A stretch of DNA of 63,624 nucleotides, the filler included, from Folioceros fuciformis (lineage: Eukaryota): NCBI GenBank assembly GCA_049999805.1. It is 6 parts of 6 records of this genome, joined end to end, with 100 filler letters (N's around TTAATTAATTAA, not from the genome) between each part and the next. Parts side by side here need not be neighbours in the genome. Positions count along the whole stretch, not along the records: positions 10,043 to 22,285 come from JBNGIO010003113.1; positions 22,386 to 34,780 come from JBNGIO010003114.1; 4 more parts are not named here. One strand, written 5' to 3'. The translations under genes and the position numbers were made by a program. Of the stretch, positions 13,138-24,867 are shown piece by piece. The notes under the pieces were generated by a model that was not told where the DNA came from, made no database searches, and saw only the letters and a list, made by a program, of their open reading frames with translations. The first letter of the stretch is position 1. Each line of letters starts with the position of its first letter.

Positions 13138-13507
13138 CTCCTCTCGTAGGTAGGGGTTCCCTACCATTCTTATCCATTTTCATAGGTAGACAGCCTACCC
13201 CATTGCCGTAGGTGGGTGTCAACCATTGAAGTACCTTCCCTACCTACGTAGGTATCTTCCATTTTCCCCACATAGGTACTCTCTCTATGTAGGTAGGTAG
13301 ACATCCTACTATGTAAGTATCTTCTTATTCTAACCCACCAGAATAGAACTAAAAAACTCCATAAAAACCTTCACTAGCCGCTCATTACCTACCATGGGCA
13401 CTTGCTTAGAAACCTACCTTTCACATGCCTTCCTTCGAAATATTCTGAACAAAAAAGAAACCAAGTTAGGCTTTCCTAGACTGATTACCAAACTTTTCCA
13501 TCCCACA

Positions 13508-14674
13508 CTTCACATCCATCATATGAAGCTCAAGATTATGCTGAGCTGTTAAGACGAAGATCATTCTAAGGGAAGCAAACTTTGCTGCTGAAGCAAATGT
13601 GGCCCATGGGAGGTAATCTAAGCCCGATATCTGGGTGAATCCCCTGGCCACAAGGTGTGATTTGTATCTCTCAATGGAATCATCCCCTTTTCTTCTTATT
13701 TTGAATACCCACTTGCTGGTCATGATTTTTCTACCCTTGGGTGGCTTGACTAATTTCCAAGTTGAGTTGCTAACTAGGGAGTTGTATTCGGAATCTACAG
13801 CAACCTTCCATTAGTCTTTTTCAGAAGATGAGAAAAGCTTGTTTGAGGGAGATAGGTTTTGCAGGATCCATTGTTACCTTGTATACTGCTTCTCAGTACA
13901 GTGATGTAGGGTGAATAGGATCATCGAATACATCTAGATATCCTAGAGGAGGCTTTCCATCCTATGGGTCCAGAGATTGCAGGACAGTTTCTTAAGTTTT
14001 ACCTTGGTGTAGGTTCAAGTGCATCTTCCACGGGAGTAGGATCATTGGTAGGATCGAGATGCTCCATGTCATTCACTAGAGGGTCATCATGCTCTTCATC
14101 AAGAGTGTCTACTAGCTCCTTGACTTGAATGTTGTCACCATCAGGCGGTGTATCTTGTGGAATGGACGCTAACTCCTCGTCCTCCTCCATAATAGGTTCA
14201 ACTAGGGGAACACGTAAAGCAAGAACTAGAAATTGAGTGATATAGTCATTATCATCAAATGAGGAGGTATCTAAGGGTTCTTCGGAAGAGACGTCCTCAG
14301 GGCCGGATGTACCAGCTCCCACTGCTGGGGAAAATAGGTAAGACTCATGAAAAGTAACACTCATGGCATACATAAGCTTCTGTGTGGTGGGTTCAAATAG
14401 CTTGTAACCTTTGATGCCTTCGACGTAGCCAATGAATATATATTTGGCAGCTTTTAGATCTAACTTCTTGCGTTGGACTTTAGGGATAAAGACATATGTA
14501 GGAGATCCAAAAATTTGAAGGTGATCGATGGAAGTCTTGTTGCCGATGAATACGTCATATGGAGTCATACCTTGAATTGATGAAGTCAGTAGGCGATTCA
14601 TGAGATAGGTTGCTATAAAGAGGGCCTCAGCCCAATAAGCTTTGGATAAGTTAGCTTGTGTTAATAGGCAACCT
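13508..14674 (-). mobile_element. Ty1/Copia fragment (IN C-terminus, RT N-terminus)
   Basis: HLQIFGS, GYVEGIKGYKL, KWVFKIR, YKSHLVARGF and MDVK. Confidence 0.9.
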
Positions 14675-15418
14675 ATGAGAGCTTTCCTGGTAGCCAGTTT
14701 ATGCCCTCCATAAACCTTTGCTGTCTAGTTTTGCCACAAGGAGAACAATGAAAAGGACCAGATCACTCCCCACCATTGGTATTGAAGAAATGGCCCTCCC
14801 GTCTGCTCATCAAGCCCGAACAAGACAGTTTGCTCAGTAACCAATGCAACCACGAACCAACGTCGTTCTAGATACCTTGCGCATAGTCGCATTGAAAGAA
14901 AATATGTTGGCTTTTATGAGAGGCGCCAATGCTACACAACCTGCAACATTCCTCCCCCGTGGCCACCAACAATCCGTTCCAGCAGTCTGCATTAGGCAAG
15001 CAAGCTTAAAAGAAACACCAGATGGTTACCCTCACCTTAGGGGGGATCCCTAAGGACGACCACAAGAGCTTGATCGTTGTCCGCTGGTGGTGTTGGGAAA
15101 GCCTCAATCTAGGAGCTAGTCGACCTCGTCAAAGGGGTTTTTGTGCTCGCACCAGTCGGAGGTACATGATTGCTAACGGAAAGTTGAAGAGTGATTTTGC
15201 GATAGCCTACGCCCTTCCTGCGCTCCCCGGCCACTTGTAGAGGTTGGGACGCATCACTAGCTCCCAATTCTCCTTCAGACAAAACCAACATCTTACAAGT
15301 CCTTGTTGCATGTCCTGTTTCCTGTTGCCTTGTTCTTCCTGGGTCAGCCAGAGACCCGCCCGCCTAGCCTTGTAGAGCATAGTAATCCCTCTCAGGGCTA
15401 CTCCACCTCAGTTACAGA
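14675..15418 (-). mobile_element. L1-type LINE ORF2 C-terminal fragment (zf-RVT)
   Basis: Minus-strand translation PPKVRVTIW...CLP...CRLC...HIFFQCDYAQGI*, then a WWGVIW...LWQN*TAKVY segment; the typical CCHC end of plant L1 ORF2. Confidence 0.7.
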
Positions 15419-18400
15419 CTGGCCGTAAACTTTGGTGTATTCGCTCTGACAATGCGGGAGAACTCAACAACCATCAGTGTCGCGACTTTTGCGAGCAGCA
15501 TGGTGTCTTGCGTCAGTTTATAGTGCCCTACACTTCTGAGTAGAATGGTGTTGCTGAGAAGGCCAATGGTGATTTGATGTCCATGGCTCATGCCATGCTG
15601 GCAGTCCCAGCTACCCAAGTCCTTTTGGGCTGAGGCTGTGTCTACTATGGTGTACATTAAGAATAGAGTCCTCACCAAGTCGGTTTCTGGGTGTACTCCA
15701 TATGAGTGTTGGCATGGGAGCAAGCCTTTAATTTCACATCTTCGTGTTTTTGGTTGCCCTACATATGCTCTTGTCTCGTCACAGCTTCACGACAAGCTTG
15801 ATACTTGTGCTTGCAAGTTGGTGTTTGTCAGTTATGGCGATGACCGCAAAGCCTACAAGCTCGTGGACTTGGACTCTCGGATTCCTATTTACGCCCGCAT
15901 TGTCACCTTTGATGAAGCTAACATAGTGCCTGCTCTTGCGACTTCATTTGAGCCTCCTCTTGATGTGCAAGATGGTGCTTCCTCTGGCTCGAGCACTCCT
16001 CGCTCTTCTGGTGATTCTTCTATTGGTCACTTTGTTCAGCCCTTTACTTTTCCGACTGTTGGTGTTCCTCCTCCTCATGTGGCTCCTATCCCTCAAGCAG
16101 TTCCGGTGCCGCCAGTTGCGGGTCCTGCTCCCCAAGTGCAGCCCGCTCCTGAGTCACATGTTCCTGCTCGAGAGGGGGACATGGAGATAGACCACGAGGT
16201 AGTATATGAGGACCCACGTGCGGAACAAGGTGATGTTGAATATGTTGATTTTAAACATGTGGTGCCCCATGATATTCCTCAAGCACCTGTCACTCTTGCA
16301 TCCCCACCTAGGCCCCCAGCTGCTCCTAAGCGTAGATATCCTACTTGTGTGCGCTAGCCTAGGCATCTCTAGAAGGAACAACCATTTGATATTGAGTTTA
16401 ATCAAGCTAGCTTAACCTATGTTAATTCTTCGGATGCTCTCTATGACTTAAGTGTTGCTGCTGTAGAGGGAGATCCTTCAACCTTACAGGAGGCTTACTG
16501 GAGACCCGAGGCAGCCAAATGGAAGCTGGCTATTGATGATGAGTACAACTCATTACTTAAAAACAACACTTGGACTTTGGTTAGTCTGCCTAAGGGTAGG
16601 ACCAATGTCAAGTGCAAATGGGTTCTTAAAACTAAGTTCCAGGAAGTAGAGCCACGAATTCGCTACAAGGCGAGATTAGTAGCTAAGGGATACAGTCAGA
16701 AAGTGGGAGTGAATTATCAAGGCGATAAGGTCTACTCACCAGTCGTTAAGGCTGCATCAGTTAGAATGCTCCTTGCTTTATGTGCTGAACTAAACTTAGA
16801 GATCTATCAGCTTGATGTGTGTACAGCCTTTCTCTATGGTCATCTTAAGGAAGAGATCTACATGGATCAACCTGAGGATTACGAAGATAAGGCTTGTCCA
16901 CAAAAGGTGTAAACTTAATCGCTCAATTTATGGCCTTAGCAAAGCCCACGACTATGGTATGAGAGAATAGATTCATATATTAAGAAAATAGATTTTGTTC
17001 AAAATGAAGCAGATTCTAATATTTATGTGCTACGCAAGGATAGCTCACTTGTTCTAGTTGCACTCTACATGGATGACTTAGTCATTCTAGGCAATAACAT
17101 TGAACTGGTCAACAAGATAAAAGCTGACCTCAACAGGGAATTCGAGATGAAGGACGTAGGAAAGGTTAAGTATATCCTTGGCATGCAAGTACATAGGGAT
17201 ACCACAGGTGCTATCTATCTTCACCAAGGTAGATACGTAGCCGGTATGCTCAAATACTTCAACATGGAGAATGCTAGGGCGTCAACCACCCCAGGTGCGT
17301 TTGGAGTCAAGCTCTCATCTGCCTTGTTGTTACCACCAAGGCGGCGCCGATAGAAAGGAGTAAGAGAAGTTTAGGGCACGGTTCAGTTTAGGGTTATATA
17401 ACTAACCTCAACAGTTATTAGATATAGTTAAGACTATAAAAATAGTTAAACAATTTAGGTAGTTTAACCGTGGTGGTTTAAACGCTGACCAGGGCTATAT
17501 AAAATAGGCCCTCAACAACAATAAATCTATCTTTTCTTTTTCCCATAGGTTTCTAAATGGTATCAGAGCCGCGTTGCTCCTTACCGCGCGTTTCCCGCTT
17601 TGGCACTCAAGGCTTGAGCCTCTGAGCCTGGGCCCCATGGCACAAAGCAAGGCATGCCAAATTTCAAGCAATCAATCCTGAATTCCCCGCGAGATGCCGC
17701 GACGATGCATGCCACCCTTTAGCGCATTACGGGCGCCGCAGCCATGCCCAGCACCTGGACCCTGCAACCACCACACAAGGCGCTCACTACACGGCGAATT
17801 CTCAAGACATAAAGCGAGGCTGGTAGCCCGTGGATTCACACAAATCCCACGCTTTGACTATGAAGAAAGCAAGCTCTTCAGTCTAGTGGTGAAGGTAACA
17901 TCAATCAGAATCCTCTTGGCCTTTGCTACATAGCACAGACTCGACATTCATTAGGTTGACATGACAACAACCTTCCTGTACGGGACCTTACATAAGGAGA
18001 TATACATGTTGCAGCTGCTTAGATTCGCCAAGGACCATCGAAAGGTCTGCAAGCTGTTAAAATCACTCTATGGCCTCAAGCAATTGGCGCAGGTTTAGAA
18101 TGAGACAGTTGATCTGTACCTCAAGAAATGCTGCTTCACACCCCTCTCAGCTGACTCAAGCGTCTACATGCTAAGGAAGGACAAAGACAAGTATGTTATT
18201 GTTACCTTGTACGTGGATGATAATTTCATCTTCGGTACTGACCCACAATTGATTCAACATGTTAAGAACTTGCTCACCAAAGAGTATGAGGTGGCTGACA
18301 TGGGCACCCTGAGGTACGCCTTAGGAGTCCAGTTCGAGAGGAGCACGGATGAGCACTCCTTCTTCATACATTAGGAGAACTATGTTGAGCAACTCCTCAC

Positions 18401-21272
18401 TAGGTTCAACTTGCAAGACGTAAAGCCAGTATCCAATCCCATGGCCACAGGACAGAAGGTGTCAGCCTTGGACATTCCAACAACACCCGAGCAAGCAGAA
18501 GAAATGGCAAATGTGCCCTACAGTGAAGTTGTAGGGAGCCTGCTTTACCTGTCTATTTGGACAAGACCGGACATCGCTCAAGCAGTAAATGTGACGTCGA
18601 GGTATCTGTCGAACCCTGGCATGGCGCATTGGACCTGCATAAAGAGGATCCTACGTTACCTGAAGGGAATGAAATCATTTGGGATAGCATACAGAAGCGA
18701 TCCCAATACCAAGAAGTGCCTACTAACCTCTTTCTCAGACGCAAACTAGGCTGGAGACCTAGACGCCCGCAAGTCCACCTATGCATATTGTATGATGATA
18801 AACATGAGCGCTGTCTCTTGGGCATGCAAGAAAATGCAGACAATGTGCCTATCATCGATGGAGGCGGAGTATGCTGCCACATCCCTAGCTGCAAAAGAAA
18901 TACTCTAGATCTGCCAATTCCTACACAACATACACGAAGATCAAGAACAGCTCACAGAGCTGCAATGCGATAACCAGTTAGCAATCATGAACCCTATCTT
19001 GCAGGTAAGAATGAAGCATGTGGAGATCCAGCACCACTTTATCCGACAAGTGGTGGCTTACAAGCACATCAAGCTCAAATATGTGAGCACAGCCGAGAAC
19101 ACAGCCGACCTCTTGACGAAAGGACTCACAAAGAAACTCTATCTCAAACATGCGCAAGGCATCGGCCTACTCATAAAAGAGACTTATCTCGAGGCAGCCG
19201 AGCAGTCAGAGATAGGGGGAGCACTGGCAACGGCAACACCATCAGACGAACAATGATCAGTCGTCTGATAGAGGCAGTCTAGTCACAGTCCTAAACCTCT
19301 TAGCACTCACGCCCGCATCCTTCCGCACAGGAACAGCCACAACACCATCTTTGCACTGCTTCTTCGCCAACTTGGGTCTTGAGGCTCCAGCTCGCTCGAG
19401 ACTCTCCACTCCCTCGCTTATGAGCTAGATGATACAACTCACGAGCAGAAGTAGCCAACACAAACCATAAAGAATGCACAGAAGGAGTTGCATGCAAGCA
19501 TGCACCAAACAAGACATCCCGCCGAGATTGAGCGTTCTCCTTCACACTCCTTGTCCACGGCAAGGGGGAGTGTTTTTGTCACCAAGGCTGCGCCGACAAA
19601 AAGGAGTGAGAGAAGTTTAGGGCATGGTTCAGTTTAGGGTTATATAAGTAACCTTAGCAATTATTAGATATAGTTAAGACGATCAAAACATTTAAGCACA
19701 TTAGGCAGTTTAACCATGGCGGTTTAACTACTAACTAGGGCTATATAAAATAGGCCCTCAACAACAATAAATCTATCTTTTTTTTTCCCATAGGTTTTAC
19801 TCTACGTGGATGACTTAGTCATTCCAGGCAATAACGTTGAACTGGTCAACAAGATAAAACCTGACCTTAGCAGGGAATTTGAGATGAAGGACCTGGGAAA
19901 GGTTAAGTTTATCCTTGGCATGCATGTACATAGGGATACCACAGGTGCTATCTATCTTCACCAAGGTAGATATGTAGTCGGTATGCTCAACGCTTCGACA
20001 TGGAGAATGCTAGGGCGTCAACCACCCCAGGTGCGTTTCAGGTCAAGCTCTCATCTGCCTCATGTCCCCAATTTGAAGAAGACAAGATGGAGATGGAAAA
20101 TATTCCTTATCGCATGGCAGTTGGCACCTTATGTTCTTGAGTAATCAGACAAGACCCCATATATCCAACACAGTCAACGTTGTTGTCCAATTCTATGAAA
20201 ACCCAGGAAAGGATCACTGGGTTGCTATCAAGCGAATTACGAGGTACCTTAAGGGTACACCTAATTATGGCCTTTGCTACAAGCCAAGTAGGAAGAAGCA
20301 TCTGTAGCTAACTTGTTATGTAGATGTAGATTGGGCTTTCAATGCAGATACCAAAAAAGTATATCGGCTTATTGTTTTCTAGCCAACTCCTTTGTAGTTA
20401 ATTGGTCATGTAGAAACAAGCAGCCATCTCCCTGTCTTCCACAAAGTCTGAGTACAAGGCACTCACCGAAGCCACTAAGGAGGCTGAGTGGGAAAGGAAG
20501 CTTTGTGAAGACTTGGGTATGAAGCAAGAAGGGCCAACAATCTTGCATTGTGACAAGATGTTAGCAATTGGTTTGGTTGCTAACCCCATCTTCCATGCAC
20601 GCACCAAGCATATAGAAATTCAACATCATTATTTTAGGAATGCTGCTGAGAGAGGTATCGTCAAGGCTCAATATATACCTCCCGAGGACAACACAACAGA
20701 TGTCCGGACCAAGTCCTTGCCTAAGTTCAAACACTGTTTTCACACAGAAGGGCTTGGTTTGGTGGATTGTAGTAGATAGATGACATTAGATAAATCACTT
20801 ATATGGTAGGACCTTTCACTACACAAATATTCCGTCACTTAGGTTGATGATCCGAAGCAGTTGGCATGCTTCTCTTTTGGTCATTGGAGTGGTGTTCTAC
20901 TTTGTGAGATCCCGTAGACTACAGGCTCTACAAGAGTGAGGACTACTGACTCTAGGTGATAGCCGTTTTGAAGATGTTTAAAGCTTGGCATCAACAACAG
21001 TGATCTCTGTTTGTACTTAGGAGCGCTCTTCTAACAACAACCAGCACGTGTCTGAGAGGGAGAGTTGGAATATAAGGCAGACCACGTGGTTCTATATTAT
21101 GTTGGTTAGCCTAACTAGACTTAGTTATAAGTGTAGTTAGTTAACTGGCAGGTTAGTCAAAGGGCACACCCCTTCCTAAACTGCTACTTAAGGCCTACCT
21201 TTGTATCCACTTATTCAATTTTGCTAATAGATCATTTTCAATGCATCTGCTTCCGCGTTAGCAACTCTAACT
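15419..21272 (+). mobile_element. Ty1/Copia (IN, RT, RNase H, PPT, 3' LTR 21063-21272) hosting a nested element
   Basis: [28 protein letters not shown] and ARTKHIEI; PPT GAGAGGGAG followed by an LTR AGTTGGAA...CTCTAACT. Confidence 0.9.
17325..19798 (+). mobile_element. Nested, internally deleted Copia (LTR-PBS-RT-RNase H-PPT-LTR; no gag, PR or IN)
   Basis: LTR pair 17325-~17557 and 19571-~19798; PBS TGGTATCAGAGC at 17558; PPT AAGGGGGAG at 19562-19570; RT motifs start about 230 bp after the PBS. Confidence 0.9.
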
Positions 21273-21273
21273 T

Positions 21274-22285
21274 TGTATGCATCAATTATAATAGAAAGTA
21301 CAAAGAATTTATATAAGCCAGGTGGGTATAACCATAAGGTGGTTGTAACCATAAGTAGTTCTAACCTCTAAGTGGTTGTAACAACTAACTACTCAATAAA
21401 CTACCTAAAGCCATAAGAACTAAATTAATTAATGCTCTTAGGTGCCCTAGTTGAGACTATATAAAAGATATATAGATAGTTAGGGTTTACAGGTCGGTAG
21501 GTTAGTTTACTCAACCGCCACAACCGTCGCGTTCATAAGACATGTGACTGTAACTTCCACGAATGTATTCTCTATTCTACGCCTACGCGCTCCCGTGTGC
21601 CCTTTGATAGTGTCATGGTATTAGAGCAGGAATTTTTACACGAATTTTTCTGTTCTTGACCTACTCGATCATGTTGATTGCTGTTTGCGCTTGCATTTCT
21701 AAAAGCATGCAATAGCCCGGTTCTTTAAGCACGCATTTTTGTTTTGTTCTCTACTTGCATCATTTTTCTTGATGCCCAATCCTGCCTTTTCTTGAGATCT
21801 GTGCATTCTTGTCCGAGTTGTGTTGTTGTTACTGATGCTTCTAGGGTCCCACTCCTGGAAAATGTCAACAGCCCCACAAGCAGGTCAGCAATTATGTCTG
21901 GCTTCTAGAAATGCCAACGACTAGCACGTAGAGCTACAAGACAACAATCACTGCAAGCTTGGATACAAGAGAGGGAGGAAGCTTATATGCGCTCCCTTAG
22001 TCCAACCCGCTGGCAACAAGTATGGCTTAGAATTAGCATTATTTGCGAGCTTATGGCCACTAAATTCTTACAAGGGTTTCCCGCTTTAGATGGCTACGAT
22101 TTCAGCACCATTGATGTGTCTGACCTTGTTTAATCAAGATGTTGCTGCCCTTTAGCAAGGAAATTTTCCACTTGTATATTCCCAGCTCCATTTCTTTTTT
22201 GCATCATCGACTACATCTTCATCTCAGCCACCTGTTCAGCAGGAATTCTATGGAGTTTCCCACATTTCTACTTGATCAGTATGCT
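21274..22285 (+). mobile_element. 5' LTR, PBS and leader of another LTR element
   Basis: The LTR ends TGTCA at 21615, then PBS TGGTATTAGAGC (21616-21627). It shares ACAGGTC(G)GTAGGTTAGTTTA and CTACGCCTAC blocks with the 24868-29801 LTRs. Left boundary uncertain. Confidence 0.7.
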
Positions 22286-22385
22286 NNNNNNNNNNNNNNN
22301 NNNNNNNNNNNNNNNNNNNNNNNNNNNNNTTAATTAATTAANNNNNNNNNNNNNNNNNNNNNNNNNNNNNNNNNNNNNNNNNNNN
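22286..22385. other. Artificial assembly spacer
   Basis: N44-TTAATTAATTAA-N44. Confidence 0.97.
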
Positions 22386-24406
22386 TTCTTCTAGAATCTA
22401 ATCCTCTTCTCCACGCTCACGCGAACATGTCAGAGTAGCCATCTTCGATATACTTGTGATTATTGACAAAAAGCTGACTTTGTGCTATGACGCAAAACCA
22501 AGAATTTGCGTCAATAACCACGATTATAAATGTAAATAGAGATGTACTGCTCACAATAACCACACCACACTCACAACACAAGCTCAAAGGGCCCAAAATC
22601 AAGTTCAATGTTAATGTGATTCACAGAATCAAAAGTGGATTCGATTCGGCGAACTGTTTCAGCAACAGAAACTAAATTGGTGTTGATTTGTGTGATTGAA
22701 TGCCAAAGAGCTTGATATTGTTGGGTATGTTGCTCCTGTGCTGTAGCTCTTGCTTAAGCCTCACCAAGTTTATACTCCTTGTAGACTGTCTCCAGATTCT
22801 CGAAAACAGGAGTGAGTTCCTCTTGCTTGATCATAGATGTCAAACCTGGAAGAGAATCAGCTTGTACAAAGACTTGTGGTGGTGGCACACAGCACATAGC
22901 AAGTAGTCTCCGTCGTGGAGGAAAGCTCGGATCACCACGAGAAGCAACGAATTGTGGTACTGGTGGAAGAGGCTCAACACTCGAGGTTAACTTGCAAGGT
23001 GTAACTTCATAAAGCAAAGTGCTTGAACCTGCAACGTGGCCGAGAAGTTAAGCTTGGGGAGAGCCGAGGGGATCCTTTGTGGAGCGAACGGGTACGTCCT
23101 GCGAGTGAGGAGCCACCACTTGTGAGGGAAAAGGTGCACCCGTTGAGTCTAACTGTTACGCCCAACGGGTGCCCCTAAATATATTATTTTAGGGCGCGCC
23201 GTTTCATTCGCGGGCCCCGGCGTTTCATACCTCGGGGCCAACTTAAAATAATTTAAGTTGGCCTGGGGCTAAAACAGTGCCTCGGCCGCCTCACGAACCA
23301 GCGCATGCACCTGCCTTGCCACAACCGTAGGGATATGGTCGGCGGGTCGCTGCACAGGCGCCGCTTGACGATTCTCGGGCGCGCCTGGTGGGATCTAGGC
23401 GCCCTCGGATGGTGTCCCTCCTGCCAAACGTGCACCTGATTTTGCTCTCGCAACTGCTCCTAGACCTGCATGCAAAGAGAAATCCAAATGCTGGTTGTCC
23501 TCGTGCACAAATTTGATTGGCTCTGGAATTCTTGATTTTGGGCGCCCATGCTCATGATCGCTAGAGGGCAGATCTCCACACCTTCGGAGCAAGTTGGAGT
23601 CACTGGAATCTGACCATGATGGGCCGGCGCTCCTTGCTGGAATGCGAGAATTTGTCGCTGATCTCAAGGCCGTGTGAAAGGCTCTGCCTGATAGATCAAG
23701 AAATCTTGTTGGTAGGGGCCTCGTTCCTCGCTCTTGCAGCAAAATTGTGAGAACATCCGCCAGAGAGGATATGAGGTTGAGCATGCATCTAGGAGCAGAA
23801 ACCAATCCAAAACCAGAAGTTGGGGTTCGATTTGATGCTCGTCTACGGTATGTTTGCTCATGCTTCTTCCGAGCCTCAAAAGACTTCCTCTTGGCCTCAG
23901 CCTCAGCAAGTGTGCGCCGATGCTTGCCCATGATTGTAGTACTTGGGATCTAGGAAGCTTGATTCAAAGACTAGAAAATAGAGTTTGCTTAGAAAGTAGC
24001 AAGCAAGTGTTATGCTTGTTCTAAGAAGTATGAACTTATAAGGCACCCAAAAGGTAGGAATTACAGAATCCCTAGATCTAGAAGGGTGAAAAGAACCCAT
24101 AACCAAACAATTTAGAATAATTGGTTTGATTATATGAAATTGAACTAATGAAAATAATCAATAAAGTAGCTATGATAGTTAATGTACTTAAAAGGTTCTA
24201 AGCTAATTATTTTCACTTAGCAATGGTATGATGGGCAGCATGAGTTTCTACATAAAAGTAAAACTAGCAGATGCTGCCTATGATGCATATGGTAATCTGC
24301 TATCGAAAATGCATTTTCATCAACTAAGGGAATGGGGTTGCTAGCTTATCTTCCTAAGTTGATTAGAGAAGAAAAATTAGCAACAAAGCCATTGAAATAT
24401 AACATG

Positions 24407-24643
24407 GCTCTGATACCAAGTTAGAGATGCATATACAGAAGCGTCTTGCTTCGAGCAAATGCTTTATTAACTAATAATATGTTTAGCTCATAGGTGGGCT
24501 TATAAAGGATGGTTACGAGGGGGTGTGTCCTTTCACTAGCCTGCTAGTTAACTAACTACCAACTAGCTGAGTCTAGTTTGGCTAATCCACACTGGGTCTG
24601 GTCTAGTCGACCTTAACCAACGCCGTCTGCTCTATTTCCAACT
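24407..24643 (-). mobile_element. Copia 5' LTR (24419-24643, AGTT...AACT ends) plus PBS
   Basis: GCTCTGATACCA at 24407-24418, directly followed by AGTTAGAG...TTTCCAACT. Confidence 0.8.
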
Positions 24644-24867
24644 ATATGCGGGTAGCAAAAGGACCATGAGTGGAGAGGCAGTGAGGCTGCCAAGGGGAAA
24701 AGGAATGCGGCGGTTGCCCCTTCTTTTTGCTTTTTTTCCCTTCCATGATCAGGGAGCAATCTAGAAGCGGAATCTTAGGGATCTGTAAGTTGGAGGAGGC
24801 ATAGGTTGCGTGCAAGGCTGGCTGAAGTAGTGAGAAGGAGGGCTGTGAGCGAATGGAGTGAAGAGCC

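Noticed and set aside
22386-23931. Minus-strand ORF remnants as host genes
   Set aside because: Stops in frame and no recognisable domain; probably transposon-derived but not assignable.
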